A stretch of DNA of 64,000 nt. It comes from Podarcis vaucheri. Taxonomy: Eukaryota. Below the pieces are notes generated by a model that was not told the DNA's origin, made no database searches, and was given only the letters and a program-made list of their open reading frames with translations. Every line of letters begins with the position of its first letter. The stretch's first letter is position 1. Positions 1 to 13,924 of this stretch are shown piece after piece. Made by a program: the position numbers and the translations under genes. The stretch is taken from NCBI GenBank assembly GCA_965113315.1, contig OZ220374.1. One strand, given 5' to 3'.

Positions 1-69
1 GTTAAGAACAGTTTCAGGTTAAGAACGGACTTCCAGAATGAATTAAGTTCTTAACACAAGGTACCACTG
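1..69 (+). mobile_element. Right end of a Tc1/mariner (Tigger-like) MITE, cut by the window edge
   Basis: Matches the 3' part of the copies at 4563 and 56536 and ends GGTACCACTG|TA. Confidence 0.85.
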
Positions 70-3000
70 TATTTAACAACTGTCCTTATATATAAGTAAA
101 AACAAATCAATCAGTTTTATATCAATAACATGTTTAATTATAGAGGATATTTGTGTCTATAACATGGAGCTGGGCAGAGCATAGGAGCAAGAACTGTGCA
201 TCTACAGAGGTTGGGTTCAAAATGGCTCACAGAGCAAGCCTATAGATATCAGACAGCCAGACTGCTGACTGATCCCACCACCCAGCTCACATGCTGAGAG
301 AACGTTGGTGGGGTGGCAAGAATCAAAGGTCCACTACCATGAACTGACAGTTGGCTATTCCTGCAATCTGGGCATGTGGCCGGTGTGCCAGCCTCTGAGC
401 TGGACTGAGGCCTTGGCATGCAAAGATGCCTAAAGGGATCAGCCAGTGGGGTGTGGGAAGACCGCCCCAACTTACCCCTGCTATGGATCGTGCTGAATAC
501 TTCCAGCACATGCACGATGAACTCATGATGAAATATTACAACTGGATGACAAAGTGCAAATAAGTCTATGTGGAAGGTGAAATCGCATCACAGAAAGCAA
601 TCATGAGTGCAGGTTCATGGCTCTGTCAATTGGTAGCTCACCTCTGTCCATAGCAAAGCAACAAGAGCTATAACTAGGGCAGGGGACACTGAAGTAGGTG
701 ATGGTGGCAATGCCAGGTCCCTAAAGTTTCTCTATGAGACCCATCCTGACGCTCTGTCTTCAGAAAACACCAGTTTCAGGTTCCTCTCTTGATATATTAT
801 TTGTATAAATCTACCAAGCACTTCCTCTGAGCTTCTTGCCATTCATTCTTACGAGACTTTTTCTTCTTCTTCAGAATATCTTCTTGGTTTGCATCTGCAG
901 TGCACAGCGGATTAAAGGAAGAAATATTTCTACTATTTCCTTGTTCTGCTTGAACAAATATTAAACTGTGTAATAACATTAATACATGCTATTACATTGC
1001 TGAAGTATGTTCAGAGCTGGGTGTGGTGGACTAAGGTCATATTTGGATTGATATAGTGTAGACATTATTGAGTTCTCATACATGTACAAGAATACTTTAT
1101 AGAGACTTCATGTAGGAAAGGACAACATATGGACTGATAAATATTGTTTAAAAGGCTAGTCCAATGTGAATGGTTCTGTAATAGGATTGGTTAACTGAAT
1201 GAAGGAATGAATAAAGGGGGGTGGGGGTGGGGGTGTAAGCTAGCTTACTATACAAAGCTAACATTTACATTAATTGTTCAACCAACTTTTGCCTCAGGCA
1301 TGTTGCCGCCCCAAAGTTGCCCAGTAGTTGATGCCTACAGCTTCATCATCTGTTTTGCTTTCATTTTAATAGATTAAATCAGGAAGTATAATTTCCCCCT
1401 TTGCATTTAATCTATATAAAGGTAAGGGAAATCTTTGAATCCAGCCACTGAAGAGTTAACCAAACTTTAGCTAATAAGGGACAATTCTTCCCCACAGGTC
1501 TTCAGAGACACTTGTAATTAATTTGATCTTCTCCAGTCATTAACTCAGATTCATAGTGAGTGCTCTATTAATTCACTAGAGATCAGTTCTCAGGATTCAT
1601 TTAGTTAAGCAGCCTTGCTGGATTACATTTTTAAAACTTTAAAATGGGTTGTAATTGATGTCTGTTTATAGAACCTTACTTTAATGGAGTCCAACAGAGA
1701 TGAAAACCTAGCATATTACTCAGAGGGTAGTGCTTTTGCTGTTTAAAAAGCCTGTCTCCAAAGGCATCCTTTTAAATGAGAGACACTGCAAAATAAAATA
1801 AAACCCTCATTAATCACTAACAGTTCTTGATGTTTCTAAAAATATTTCTTGGCTCTCCTTCCTGCTGGTACCTTGGAAATGTATGCATTGTTGGAATTCA
1901 ACCAACAGTTTTTTTGTTTGGGTGTAATGAACATAATTATCAGCCCTTGATGAGGCAAGGGCACCCACTATAACCCTCCTACACTTCCAAAATACCCAGC
2001 ACCTCCCAAACATTAGGAATCTGTGTAGTATACTCAACATGTGGACAGGAGATTCAAGATTGCACTTCCTGCTCCTGCTCCAGACTTCCATGTATTGATC
2101 AGTTCTGTGTGCACATAGCCTCCGAGTGTGGAGTATAGGGTCCAGTATCACACCACCTGTCCTCACACAACAAACTCCACATGTTGATTGCCTTGGTGAG
2201 AATGCACATAGTATTTCTGTACATGACTGGAGACCCTGACCATGTGCTGCAGAACTGACCAACATGTGAATATTGGGGCAAGCACTATGGACATGACCCA
2301 TGCATTGATAGAAATAGGTTCTGGATGTCCAAAAAGAGCTCCAAAAATGTTTTAGCACTTTTGTATCCTGTTCTTAGTTAAAATATGACTTCCAATTTGG
2401 ATGGCTTTGAAAGGGTATTTGACAAATTCAAGATGGGAAATGTTATCAATGCTATTGATGGCGGCTACATATAACCTCCAGTATCACAGAATTTGTTGCT
2501 CGCTAGGAGTGCTAATGCTGCCTGCCTCTATGTTTTAGATGCATATTTGTGAATAAGCCAAACAATTTTTAAAAAACCTTTCATTTCCGGTGAGCTTTCC
2601 AAAAGCAAAACCCATAGAGCTTAGCTTCTGGAGCTTCTCACCTCTTTGTGAAATGGGAAGCAGTCTTGATGAGATTACCTTAAAATGTTTTATTTTGTTG
2701 ATTTTTAAAATCAAGCCATTATATAAAAGTTTGGAGCTGTATGCTATGTTCATTATCTGTTGATGGAGACACTAAGAACAATTGTTCCACACTCAAGTAT
2801 GTGAGCCTGTTGTTGTGGCTTCTGTCCCCTGCGCACCCATGGGAGAAAGAAGAGGAGTGGGTTTTGTGTTTTTAATATTTTGTCGTTGTCATCATGTGAC
2901 ATAAAAAGTAACCACAACAAATGCTCCTGTAAAACATACTGAGCTGAATCCAATTACTGTAAGTTCTACTCAGAGTAGAAAGTCAAATCTGGAGAATGCA

Positions 3001-3082
3001 ATTTCTGATTATACACTGATACATGTCATGTGCATGACATATAAATGAATGATGTCAAGGTCTAGATGAACATAATATATTA

Positions 3083-3275
3083 CTTCAGGTCTTAACCTGA
3101 AACTGTTCTTAACCTGAGGTACCACTTTAGCTAATGGGGCCTCCCGCTGCCGCCGTGTGATTTCTGTTCTCATCCTGAAGCAAAGTTCTTAACCTGAAGC
3201 ACTATTTCTGGGTTAGCGGAGTCTGTAACCTGAAGCGTCTGTAACCTGAAGCGTCTGTAACCTGAGGTACCACTG
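3083..3275 (-). mobile_element. Tc1/mariner MITE, same family, truncated, reverse orientation
   Basis: Reverse complement of the 4563-4777 element; retains GAGGTACCACTG|TA terminus. Confidence 0.85.
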
Positions 3276-4317
3276 TACATCAAAATATAACCTATAGCTG
3301 ATTCCTTATAGAATATGCACTGAATAATCTTGTGTGGCCATATAGGATTATTCAGCTATTATTTAATATTATACTGGCTCTTAGCCATTGGTTGTATTTT
3401 GGTACACTGTATAGGCAGCGACCAATCTGTGTGGGGTTTCCGTTCCTAGCCCCTGTGCACATTGTTGAAGCATGCGTAAGTGTGCCATACCCTTGTTCTG
3501 CCCCGATTCTGAACACTTCCGGGTTCAAAAGGACCCATGTGTCAGCGATCGCACATTAATTGGACATCCCTAAAATGGCCGCAGCCTGTAGTTTTAAATT
3601 CTAACATGCATATGTTAAAGTAATACATTATGTTCATCTAAACCTTGAATTTGTTCATTTATCTCTACCTAGACCAGACCCATTGAAATTAATGGACCTA
3701 GGTTAGTAATCTCAACAAATTGTGGTGAGGACTTTTGGCAGGAATTACAGATGTGGATGGAAGGGTTTAACTCCCCCTCCCCATGTGCAGTAGTCCTGCA
3801 GGAAATCACATCCCCACTCTCCCCCCAACATCGAGGATTAAATGTTACATGGCTGCAAGCCATTTCATTAACAGATAGGCATTGACTAGGCATTTCACCA
3901 GACTATTGTAAGGATTACAGAGATACCATAAGTAAAGCCCTTTGGGCAGTTAGGTAAAAGCATTAGGCAAACTCTGGGCTGTGCTATTGCGGACTTTTAC
4001 CCCAAAGTAAAAGTGAATTTGAAGAGTGCAATGGATTTTACCAGAGTGAAATGAATTGTGGAAATGGTTCTTTCTTCTCCTTCAGTACTTTCTGAGTGTT
4101 TACGAGAAAAAGAAGAGCCTACTGTTTACCTGTGGCACAGCCAAAGGAAACTCAAACCCTCCAAGTGCCCCTATTTTCCAGGGGCGTCCCTGGTTTAGTG
4201 AAGCCATCCCGGTTGCTGATCTGATCCTGGAATATCCCACTTTTCCTATTTTCATCAGAGAAATGTTGGAGGGTATGGAGTTATCTGACCCCTGAGCCAT
4301 CTGAAGGCAATCCTGTA

Positions 4318-4560
4318 CAGTCGTACCTCGGATGTCAAATGCAAATGGAATCTGTTCTGGAAGTCCTTTCAACTTCCAAATGGTTCGGAAACCTAAGCGC
4401 AGCTTCTGATTGGCTGCAGGAAGCTCCTGCAGCCAATCAGAACCCAGATCGGACATTCAGGTTCCAAAGAACATTCACAAACTGGAACACTCCCAAGTTT
4501 GCGCCGTTCGGGAGCCAAAACATTCGAGTTGTAAGGCATTTGACTTCCGAGGTAAGACTG
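4318..4560. mobile_element. Tc1/mariner MITE (CAGTCGTACCTCGG-type TIR)
   Basis: TA|CAGTCGTACCTCGGA...TCCGAGGTAAGACTG|TA, with internal palindrome CTGATTGGCTGCAGGA/TCCTGCAGCCAATCAG. Confidence 0.85.
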
Positions 4561-4562
4561 TA

Positions 4563-4777
4563 CAGTGGTACCTCGGGTTACATACGCTTCAGGTTACAGA
4601 CTCCGCTAACCCAGAAATAGTACCTCGGGTTAAGAACTTTGCTTCAGGATGAGAACAGAAATCGTGCTCTGGCAGCAGGAGGCCCCATTAGCTAAAGTGG
4701 TGCTTCAGGTTAAGAACAGTTTCAGGTTAAGAACGGACCTCCGGAACGAATTAAGTACTTAACCTGAGGTACCACTG
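4563..4777 (+). mobile_element. Tc1/mariner MITE (CAGTGGTACCTC TIR), full length
   Basis: TA|CAGTGGTACCTCGGGTTA...TAACCTGAGGTACCACTG|TA; four copies of this family in the window. Confidence 0.9.
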
Positions 4778-7555
4778 TATAGGGAAGGTTTGTTTAAATG
4801 TTTAATACTTTATTATATTTTTATATGTATTGGAAGCCGCCCAGAGCGGCTGGAGCAACCTAGTAAGATGTGTGGAGTATAAGTAGTAAAATCATCTTTA
4901 TGGAATGGGACGTCCCTATTTTCATCAGAGAAATGTTGGAGGGTATGGCAGGCATTGTGAGATCTGTGAGAAACCCTGTTCTGACCTCGGAAGTAGAAGT
5001 TGCAGCAGCTGGGGGAGAATGATGGCACCAAGCACAGCAAAATATGTAAGGCTGCAGTCGTCTCCCCACTTTACCTGGGAGTAAACCCCCACTGAATTCA
5101 ATAGGACACTTATGGGTAGGCATGGTTAGGACTGCATTGTAGAGACACAGCGCAGGAAGCACACTCCAAAGATAAGCCGAGCCTGCTGTCTCCAAAGGCA
5201 CTCCTCTACTTCCCCACGTTTTTTTATTTAGCTTTTTCATTGCCCCCCCCCCTTTAGTAGGGCTGTAGTGGGCAATCTTGTTGTTGCAAGCAATAGGGAA
5301 AGAAGCAAATTGTTGAGGATGGATGCGCAGCCAGATACGCCAAACTCACGTTGATTTAAATGGGGCATAAACATGCTTGAATGTTTGCCGGATTGATCAG
5401 ACTGTCTTCAAGCCGTGGCCCAGCCTAAAGACGGCAAATTGAAGCAGGCCTCTTGTTTCATAAGCGTTTCCAAACTCTCCTGCCAAGTGGGCCTTGATTT
5501 TTGTGTGGAGAAGTGATTACCTTTTAAACACAAAGACTAAGAAGCAGGGGAAATGCTGGCTGAATCTTTTCTTATTATGGGACCCTAATTGGAACAACAT
5601 ATTTACTCAGCCTGTTTGAGGTCCACTCAAACCTCCACGCTAAAAGTATAGCTTGAGTGCGTGGGGGACAGTATATGCTTTTACAACAAGATGAGACAAA
5701 TTGCCACAATCTTCCTTAATGTGATCTCATACCAGATGAGCTGAACAATGCGCAAGGGGAGAAGCAATGGCAAACTTGACTCTTTTCTGCCAAATAAAAG
5801 TGAGGTGGAAATGGAGGTCGGTGATTTTCTTGGTGATAGCGTTCTTCTTGTCAGAACAGAAGTGAAAAGGAGTTGGGCAAAACTCACAGCAAATGTACCG
5901 GGTAATTTTGTTAAGTATATGTTATTCACTGCAGCTTATAATATACAAAAAAATAGAAGAAAGGGAGGGGGCACCTTGTCTGGCTCTCAGTGGCTTGAAA
6001 GAATTGACAAATACCACACAAGCAAAACACAAACTTTTGAAAGTTATCCCTTTGCTTCCATTTTATAAAAGTTTCTTCATGATCTACGAAGAATACACCA
6101 CTGCAAGTGTTTGAAAAAGCACAAATGATCCATGCTTCGGATCTTGCACCTCTGGAATATTCACCCTCTGTATGATCAAAATAGGGTATTCTCAGTGGTG
6201 GCACCTGAATGTAAAAACTTGCTCCTCAGAGAGACTTCCCAGTAGGCTGGTGATTTATTCATGAGCAAAAATAAGACAAAGATAAAGAAAGAAAAGATAG
6301 AAATCTGCATAATCTGTGTATATGATGAGACGCAGATTTAGAAATAATCGCCATAATTTCAAAAGCAATACCAAACTCAAGACAGAGGCTCCACAAATGA
6401 AAAAAAATGAAGAGATTAGGTAGGGCCAGACATATGCTGCTGTATATCCCATGAGTTTCTGCACATTTCCTCCTCCCCTGCACCATTGATGCACAAACAC
6501 AATTTATCCATCATTCACACAAACATAAACAGATCAACACCTCTCCCTCCCTCCCTTCCACCCAGCCTACTCTGCTACCCCAGGCAGACAGATGGTGCAG
6601 GGAGGTGGGGAGGACATTGCCACCATATATGCAAGCAAGCAACTTCCCTTCATGCTTCTTTGTCTCTTCCTTATAGATCAGCTAGAAGTTGTCTTCCCTC
6701 CAGCTGCCAGTGCCCTCCTCTAATCTAATCTAAATCCATCTATGTTTAATCTAAATAATAATAAATATATATCAAAGGTAGGAGCACAGACCACTGTCAA
6801 GCCTCTACCCAATGGGGTGGTCTGGGTATGAGGAGACAGGATTCTTGGATGAAGCTGTCTGTACCACTGGAGAGTTTGATTTCTGATACTAAGGCAGGAC
6901 AAATTCCAAGTCCTCAAACAGCAGACAGAAACTTGTACCATCTGTCTGCAGGCAAGGTCTCCTTGGAAGGAAGATCCTTCACTTGAGGAGGCCTTGGACG
7001 AAGGATCCAGCTGAGGTCATGGTGGAGTTTTAGCAGCAACAGCTCAAAAAAGTTCCAGTCTTTAGAATCTTAATTTGTACATGGCCCTGTGCACCATTGG
7101 TGGGAAGGCAAAATAAAAATTTTTAAAATATATTGGGATTTGTCTGATGCCAAGTGCCATTTTGTTTCAGAAACCTGGTTCCCCCAACCCAACTGGAAGC
7201 CATGGGAGCAGAGAAGCAGGGTGAATCACATTGCAAAAGGCTACTACAGGTAGAATTTCCCAGAATGGACCTGGCAGGCAGGACTGTGCACATACAATCC
7301 TGTAAACAAGCAGCAACATGGGGGGCGGTGCTGGATTTTGTCTCACCAACTCTACTCCCCCCAACAATGTGCAGATATGGTTGTAGCTCACTTTACAATG
7401 CTATACAAGGCAAGTCTACTTAGGTGATCTAGCCAACCACTGCAAAGTTAGTTCTGAAACTGGTCTGTTCACTGTTTTAACCTAAGCATCTCCTTTTATC
7501 ATTTAGTCACAGAAAAGGTTACCATTTTAATCAGGTACATCAAGAGGGTACTTTA

Positions 7556-7958
7556 TTTTTTATATCTGTAATCATTGCATTACATTCAAATTTCAATTTT
7601 CCCCTTTCCTGCTGACTTCCCTCAACTTCCATCCCTGGTTTATTACATCTCATATTACATTCTGCTATTTGAATATCCTTATGATATCCTTATGTGTTGT
7701 CATACTATTATGTTTCTTGTTTTTTTATAAATAAAATTGCATATGTTTATTTAAATCCTGCCAATGACTCTATGGGGTTTTTTTGTTCTGCAAATATGAT
7801 GTAAAAGGTTCCCATTCTTTTTCAAAGTCACTATTGTATTTTTCATGGAGTTTATCTGTTAACTTTGCCAACTCTGCATAGTTCATCAACTTCTCTTGCC
7901 ATTGTTCCTTTGATGGTATTTCTCAAGTCTTCCAGTTCTGTGCTATCAGAATTCTCAC
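7556..7958 (-). mobile_element. 5'-truncated L1/Tx1-like LINE 3' end
   Basis: 15-bp direct repeat CAAGAGGGTACTTTA at 7541-7555 and 7959-7973. Minus strand encodes RILIAQNWKT*EIPSKEQWQEKLMNYAELAKLT...FEKEWEPF, resembling a non-mammalian L1 ORF2 C-terminus; A-rich tail. Confidence 0.75.
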
Positions 7959-8459
7959 CAAGAGGGTACTTTAAAGCTCAATAGTTGCTCTTCTCTTCTT
8001 CATTTTTAACATTTTCACTGTCTGAGTCAAATTTAGACTGTAATGCCCTTAGGGCAAGCACCTGTCATTACATTTGTGCATTAACTGCAACCATCTTCTG
8101 TTACATGAATTATCCCCACAAAAAGCAAACGTCTTGTTCTCCAAGTGCTCAGTTGTTGCAAACCCAGTTTCAAACTATTGTAGCAGTGGGGAATATATGA
8201 CGGGAGGGAGAAATAGTAGTGATTAGAGTCTGACTTGCTGCTAATGAAGAAGCTGTACCTAAAAAGCCAGAGGTGGAACAAAATATGCCTGTCCCACAAG
8301 GAAATTCCAACCACCATCATGACTCTCTGCCTTCTTCCTCCCTAGATTCTAGGGCTCATAGTTGCCATTTTGATTGGGCAGGCAGCTGCCTTCTTGATGA
8401 GCACTGCTTATGCTTACCAAAAAACCTCATAAAAAACCTTTTTATGTAGTATTTACTTT

Positions 8460-8890
8460 AATAACTGAATTGGCCTTGGTTATCCTAGTGGGTGACCTTT
8501 ATCGAGTGGAGGACAGCAGAAGTGTGACCCTGTTATTCCTACTTGATCTCCCAGGAGCTTTTGAAACTATTGATCATGGTATCCTCATAAACCATCTCTG
8601 TGTGGTGGGCTTTGTAGGCACTGTTTTACAGTGGTTCCAATCCTATCTCCAGGGTTGGTTTCAGAGAATAGCACCAGGTGGGTTGCATTTTGCTGCCATC
8701 TTGTTCCCAGTGCTGTTGAATATCTATATGAAGCTGCTGGAGGTGGTCAGGAGGAAGTCTGGGGCAAGGTACATTCAGTATGCTGTGGTTACCTAGCTCT
8801 ACTTCTATGTAACATCTTAATCAGTAAGTGGTGCACAAGTCCTGGACTGCTGCCTTGACTTGATGATGGGCTGGATGAGGGCCAACAAAT
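8460..8890 (+). mobile_element. Degenerate L2/CR1-clade LINE reverse-transcriptase fragment
   Basis: ORF 8410..8796 contains TELALVILVGDL...LLDLPGAFETIDHGIL, a decayed LLDLSAAFDTIDH motif. Confidence 0.75.
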
Positions 8891-9550
8891 ACTTTGTCTC
8901 CTTTGACAGACCGTTTAAGTTTGCCATATACTGATTATTGGCCCCAACTAACTCAGCACTATCTAAACTTCCATCTGTTCCCAACACCAGATGCTGCCTC
9001 TGACAGTGGAGGGAAAACATAGCTATCATGACTAATAGCTGCTTTGGCTTCCATGAATTTGTTTAGTCTTCTTTTGAAGCCATCCAAGTTGGTGGTGATC
9101 ATTGCCTCCTGTGGGAGCGAGTTCCATAGTTTAACTCTTCATGGCTACAGCCTTGCATTTCACCAGAAAGCTAATAATACTGAGTAGTGAGTTGACATGC
9201 TGCAAATTCTCTGGACCATTATACAATAGACACCATGAACACTACTGTTGGGAAATATTGCTCAAGGTTTGCAGTGGCAGATTGAAACATGCTTATTCCA
9301 ATAAATGCTACACTATGAAAGCTAGAGGTGGATGATAGTCCCCAAGACTAATTTTCGATTAGGATTAAAAATGATGAACAAAAGCAGTGAACACTCAGAA
9401 AATATTACCCTTGCACAGGCACACCGAGAGTTCTTAATTTGCTCAGAATTACTACTCCTGCTCCATGAATACCCAGTTCCCCTTTCCTGGGAGTTGATCT
9501 GCTGCTGGTTACTGGTGTGGCTGCATCCTCCTCTGCTGTTGTTGTAAATC

Positions 9551-9700
9551 TCTGGATAGCTCAGTTGGTTAGAGCCTGGTGCTGATAACACCAAGGTTGC
9601 GGGTTTGATCCCCGTATGGGACAGCTGCATATTCCTCCATTGCAAGGGGTTGGAGTAGATCATCCTCAGGGTGCCTTCCAGCTTTACAATTCTATTATTC
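9551..9700 (+). mobile_element. tRNA-derived SINE with CR1-like 3' tail
   Basis: A box TAGCTCAGTTGG, tRNA-Ile-like loop GCTGATAAC, B box GGTTTGATCCC, then GGGGTTGGAGTAGATCATCCT...ATTCTATTATTCT. Reverse copy at 48068-48232. Confidence 0.75.
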
Positions 9701-9844
9701 TTTCCCCACTTCTTCTTTCTGTCCCTCTTTCCACCCTCCGCCTACAAAATTCTGCAAAATGTTCCGCATGAAGAAGGCCTTCCTTTATTTAATTATTTTC
9801 AACCACACATAATTCTGGAAATTTAACTGAATACGATGTGCCTA

Positions 9845-10171
9845 CCTCCTTTGTTCCGGCACCTGTATGGCCTTACATGACAAGGAGAAACTGAGCTGGG
9901 TATCACCTGCATACAGGTAACACTGCACTCCAACCCCAACAAACCATGATAATTCCCATGGCTTCATACCCATGGGGTACAAGATGTGGCCCTGATGAAC
10001 CCCATGGCATAATTTCACTTTGGCCAAATAGGACTCCCTCTCTGCCAAGCCTCCCTGCAGGTAGGAGGAGCAGAACCACCATTTCACCGATACCTTGCTC
10101 TCAGCTTCCAACCTGTCGAGTGATTCCAGGAGGATACCACACAGGTCATCAACCAGAACGGCCAAGACCAT
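9845..10171 (-). mobile_element. Degenerate L2 LINE reverse-transcriptase fragment
   Basis: Translation shows LAVLVDDL, HGVHQGHILYP (GVPQGSILSP) and YAGDTQL (YADDTQL). Confidence 0.7.
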
Positions 10172-13100
10172 TTCAGTGCCAAATCTGGGCTAAAGCCAGA
10201 AGGAAATGGGTCTAGAATAATCCACTTCTTTCAAGCATACTGGAAACTGGACAGCCACTATGTCTCTGAGCCCCTTGCCCAAGGAGAGATATTTGTGGCT
10301 GGGTGGTAGTTGTCACATACCTCTGGGTCCAGGGAAAGCTGCACTGTCACCTCTTTCAGGACAGCAAGAACCCGCCTCCTTTCCTTCAAGCATCTTGTCT
10401 ACACCACTGGGCCACATCAAATGGACGGCACTGAATCAACAACTTGATTCAATGGCACTCCCTGGATGCCTCCTTCCAAACAGCGCTAATTGTTGTGTCA
10501 AATTCAGTATGAATGCAAGCAACTTTGCCCTCCAAGTTCTTGGAAATTTGTCACAGCAAAGCCTCTGAGGGCTCCAAAATCTCTACCATTCACCTCTCAG
10601 AACAGCTCTGCTGAACAGTTATTGAAGAGTACAATGGAGAATGGAAGTGAGATGCTGATCTGAGAGAAGAGAGTGCACTGACAGTCCGAGCAAAGCTGGT
10701 AAAAACATTCCAAGTCACTGCTGCCACCTTTGACTCAGGTCCCCAGCCTGCATGTATACTCTTTTAGGCTCCGAATGGTCCCAGATCTGGGCCTCAACCA
10801 CTGACTCTAGCCAAGCTTCGAGGAAAACTTGTCTTCCATCTCTCTCACCTCCCTGCTCTAGGACCCTGGAAAAAGACTCATTTCTTAAGGGTGAGCTATG
10901 CTGATCTTAAATTGGACATCTATATTATTTCCTGAAAACCTGCATATCCTTTCTGAGGGGCATAAATTTCTGTTTTACGACTATGACAATGCAAAGCAAT
11001 TTTAAATGCCCGGAGGAAAGAACAAGAAATGACGAATGGAAAGCAATTGAATGATTCATTAGACTCAGAGTATGATTGGATGAGGAATTCTATAATTTTG
11101 GAATTCAATTTAATTTAGTTGACCTTCCTTTAATTATCTTTCTCTTTGCTTTCATGTAGCTTTGCGTAAAATATAGTTTCTGAGGACCACATGCAGTAAG
11201 AAATATAGTATTATAGTGGGAAGAATACGTCTGGTAATACAACAGTCTGGGGGTGACCATTCTACAGAATCAAGCAGGTTGGATAATTTTATTGAAGGCT
11301 TAGCTTACATATCTGTTACTGTCTCTAAAATGTATATTCTCTAGCTAGAAAATTGGATCTTTGTTACACATTCATATGAAATGAGAGTTTGTTTCAGTTA
11401 CATTTCTAGAGAGGTTTTTTTGGGGGGGAGAAGGGCTAATACATCAATATAAAAAGGTCTTGCATATTTGCAACTGATTGAGCTATTTACACTATTCATA
11501 TTCACAGATTGGATCCCAGAATCTAAACCCAGCCCTGACAATCATACCTGTGATGATGCAACTTCATATGAAAAACATGCTTGCCCTATATTCACTAATG
11601 TTTGGGGCAAAAAATATGTAATTTAAATGCACTTCTTCAAGAAAGAAAGAAAGTATGCTAGATGCTCAATGGACAACAATCATGGCTCTTCTATTGATTT
11701 CCATTGCATATCGTGGACTGGGTCCTACTGTACTTTTTTCCAGAAATTTCAGAGTCGAGCAACTTGCAGTTTTGCTATGTGAATTTACTACTACATGGCA
11801 TTTTCTCACATGAAAATGTCACTTCATGGATCAAATATCCCTTAAAAAATATGTACTGGTACGTCAAAACAAGCCTTCTAAGCAGATAACGTCTCTTCCC
11901 AATTGGTTCCAAAAAGGGAACTGCAGCAATGGTTTTGTTAGTTTAGAAGCTTAATGTTTGACTCTAGATGGCAGTTCTAATGTTGGATTTAAATGAGGGG
12001 AGGGGGCGAATACTGAGCACAACCAAAAGGGGGAAAAGGATACCCCCTTGATTTCAGAAAATGCTTAAGCCTTCCCCATAAAAATCAATGTGCAGCACAA
12101 TCCTTAAAATGGTTAGTAAGTGCCACCAATTTGAAATACACTCTAATCTTTTGCCTTGTTTGCCTTTACAAAAACTGGGAGGCAGATCACTGTCAGTTGC
12201 AGGTAGAAATAATGAGGTTGATAAGGGAGGGCTGAACTGGCGTTTTAACTCATGATCAGCCATTAAAACTCACCATTCCCTAATCCACATTGTATCTTGT
12301 TCAATCACGACTTGTTCTATTGTTTTGTGAGCCATGCAAAAGCTTTACAAAATGTATGAGCAAGTAGAAGAAGAAAGCTGTGGGAGAAGCAGGACTCTGA
12401 ATGACATTTGCTGCGTCAAGTGAGAATTCTAATTATTATTAATTTTTCTTTAAATCCTATTAAACCTATACGAATAAGCATGTCACGCCCAGTTACATTT
12501 TACCAAACAATTTGTTGTTTTCTCATCTTCCTTAATGTTTTAATGACATTAATTACTGGGAGGAGGGGGCAAGGAGAGGGGGCTGGAGGAGCACCTGCAC
12601 TTTCTAAAGATTAATCTATAAAAACCAGCAACTCTTCTCTTGTTATGGTCCCTTGACATTCTGGGCTCACGTACAACCCCTCCTGCAGGAACTCAGGCTC
12701 GCAAGTGTCATTATGCTCATTGTCCTTCTGGAAAAAGCTCATTTCAGAGAACACAGCTCACCATAATAGCTTTGGTTTTAAACAGAGAGATCTCCTGTGA
12801 TACACATTGACTCTGAAATAAAAATAACAATAATTTCACAACTGTTTCCAATAAGGCAAGGACAATATTTAGAGAGCAACCATGCTGTGAGCATACAGTG
12901 CATCTAAAGGAAAATAAACGAAATGAATAAAGAGAACCTGAAATAACCTCACTGGTAGAAGATTTGCTTTTTTGTTATCATCCCATGGCACATTCATGTG
13001 AGAAATCTCACCATCGGCCTCTGACGTGCTTTCAACTAACTCCTATTACTTATACATTTTACTTTAATTTTGTATACATATGAGGACAGCTGTATTATGG

Positions 13101-13924
13101 CATCTTTCCTAGCCTGAAGAATACTTCCTGCCATATGATGACTATCCTGAAAATATACCTTTTGCAAAATGAAACCTGAATTGATTACAATTATTTGTAC
13201 CCATTCTTCTCCTTATAAATGTCTTCTGGCTGTTGTTTAGAGTAACTTTAACCTTTTCACTGACTAAAACTGGATTAAGCGGTGTAGGCTTTGCTTACAA
13301 ATAACTTTCCCTCCAGGTCAATTTAGCTTAATTTGAAAAAAGGTTCCATTCCATAATACTCTTAAATTAATTATATCAACAGCTGTAGTTAATGCCATTT
13401 AAACAACAGTTAAAGCACTGCTCTCCCTTTTACTGCTATTCCTGGGATCATCTTAGGCTTCCTTCTCTTTTTACATCCAACAACATGATCTCATAACAGG
13501 ATGAGTGGATTTCGAAATGGAGCATTTAAACAATGAAAGGAGAGAGAGGGGGGAGTCAGGGAATATTAACGAGAAGAGAGACTCATCCATGGCTAAGGGG
13601 GAAATGAAGAAGACGTTGCTTTAAGAGGCATTTCCACAACTGCTTCTCTATCACGGGGTAAAATCTTTAGATAAGGCTTCCCGCCCCTCCCCAAGCACTG
13701 ATACAAGATGTTATCAAACCCAGCTGTATGTTATTTAGTCTCAAGGGCTGACTTAAAAGAAATGGCACCAGCCGGAAAACAGCAACACCACGGCATGCGC
13801 ACAAACTGGGGAAGTAGTAAGGGAAGTAGAGGGAGATATTTGGCTTTGATACATCACTAGAATCAAAGCTTTGCTTTCACAGTAAACAGATTTTCATTTG
13901 GAGTGGTTGGTCACTGTTGAGGAG

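Noticed and set aside
1216-1235. G-quadruplex motifs here and near 56793-56816
   Set aside because: Common simple G-runs with no supporting context.
1810-2358. 182-aa minus-strand ORF as a hidden gene or exon
   Set aside because: No recognisable domain or POU6F2 similarity; composition typical of a chance ORF.
9551-9625. tRNA-Ile(GAT)-like gene
   Set aside because: It runs directly into a CR1-like tail, lacks a clean acceptor stem and has a second copy at 48068-48232, so it is a SINE head.
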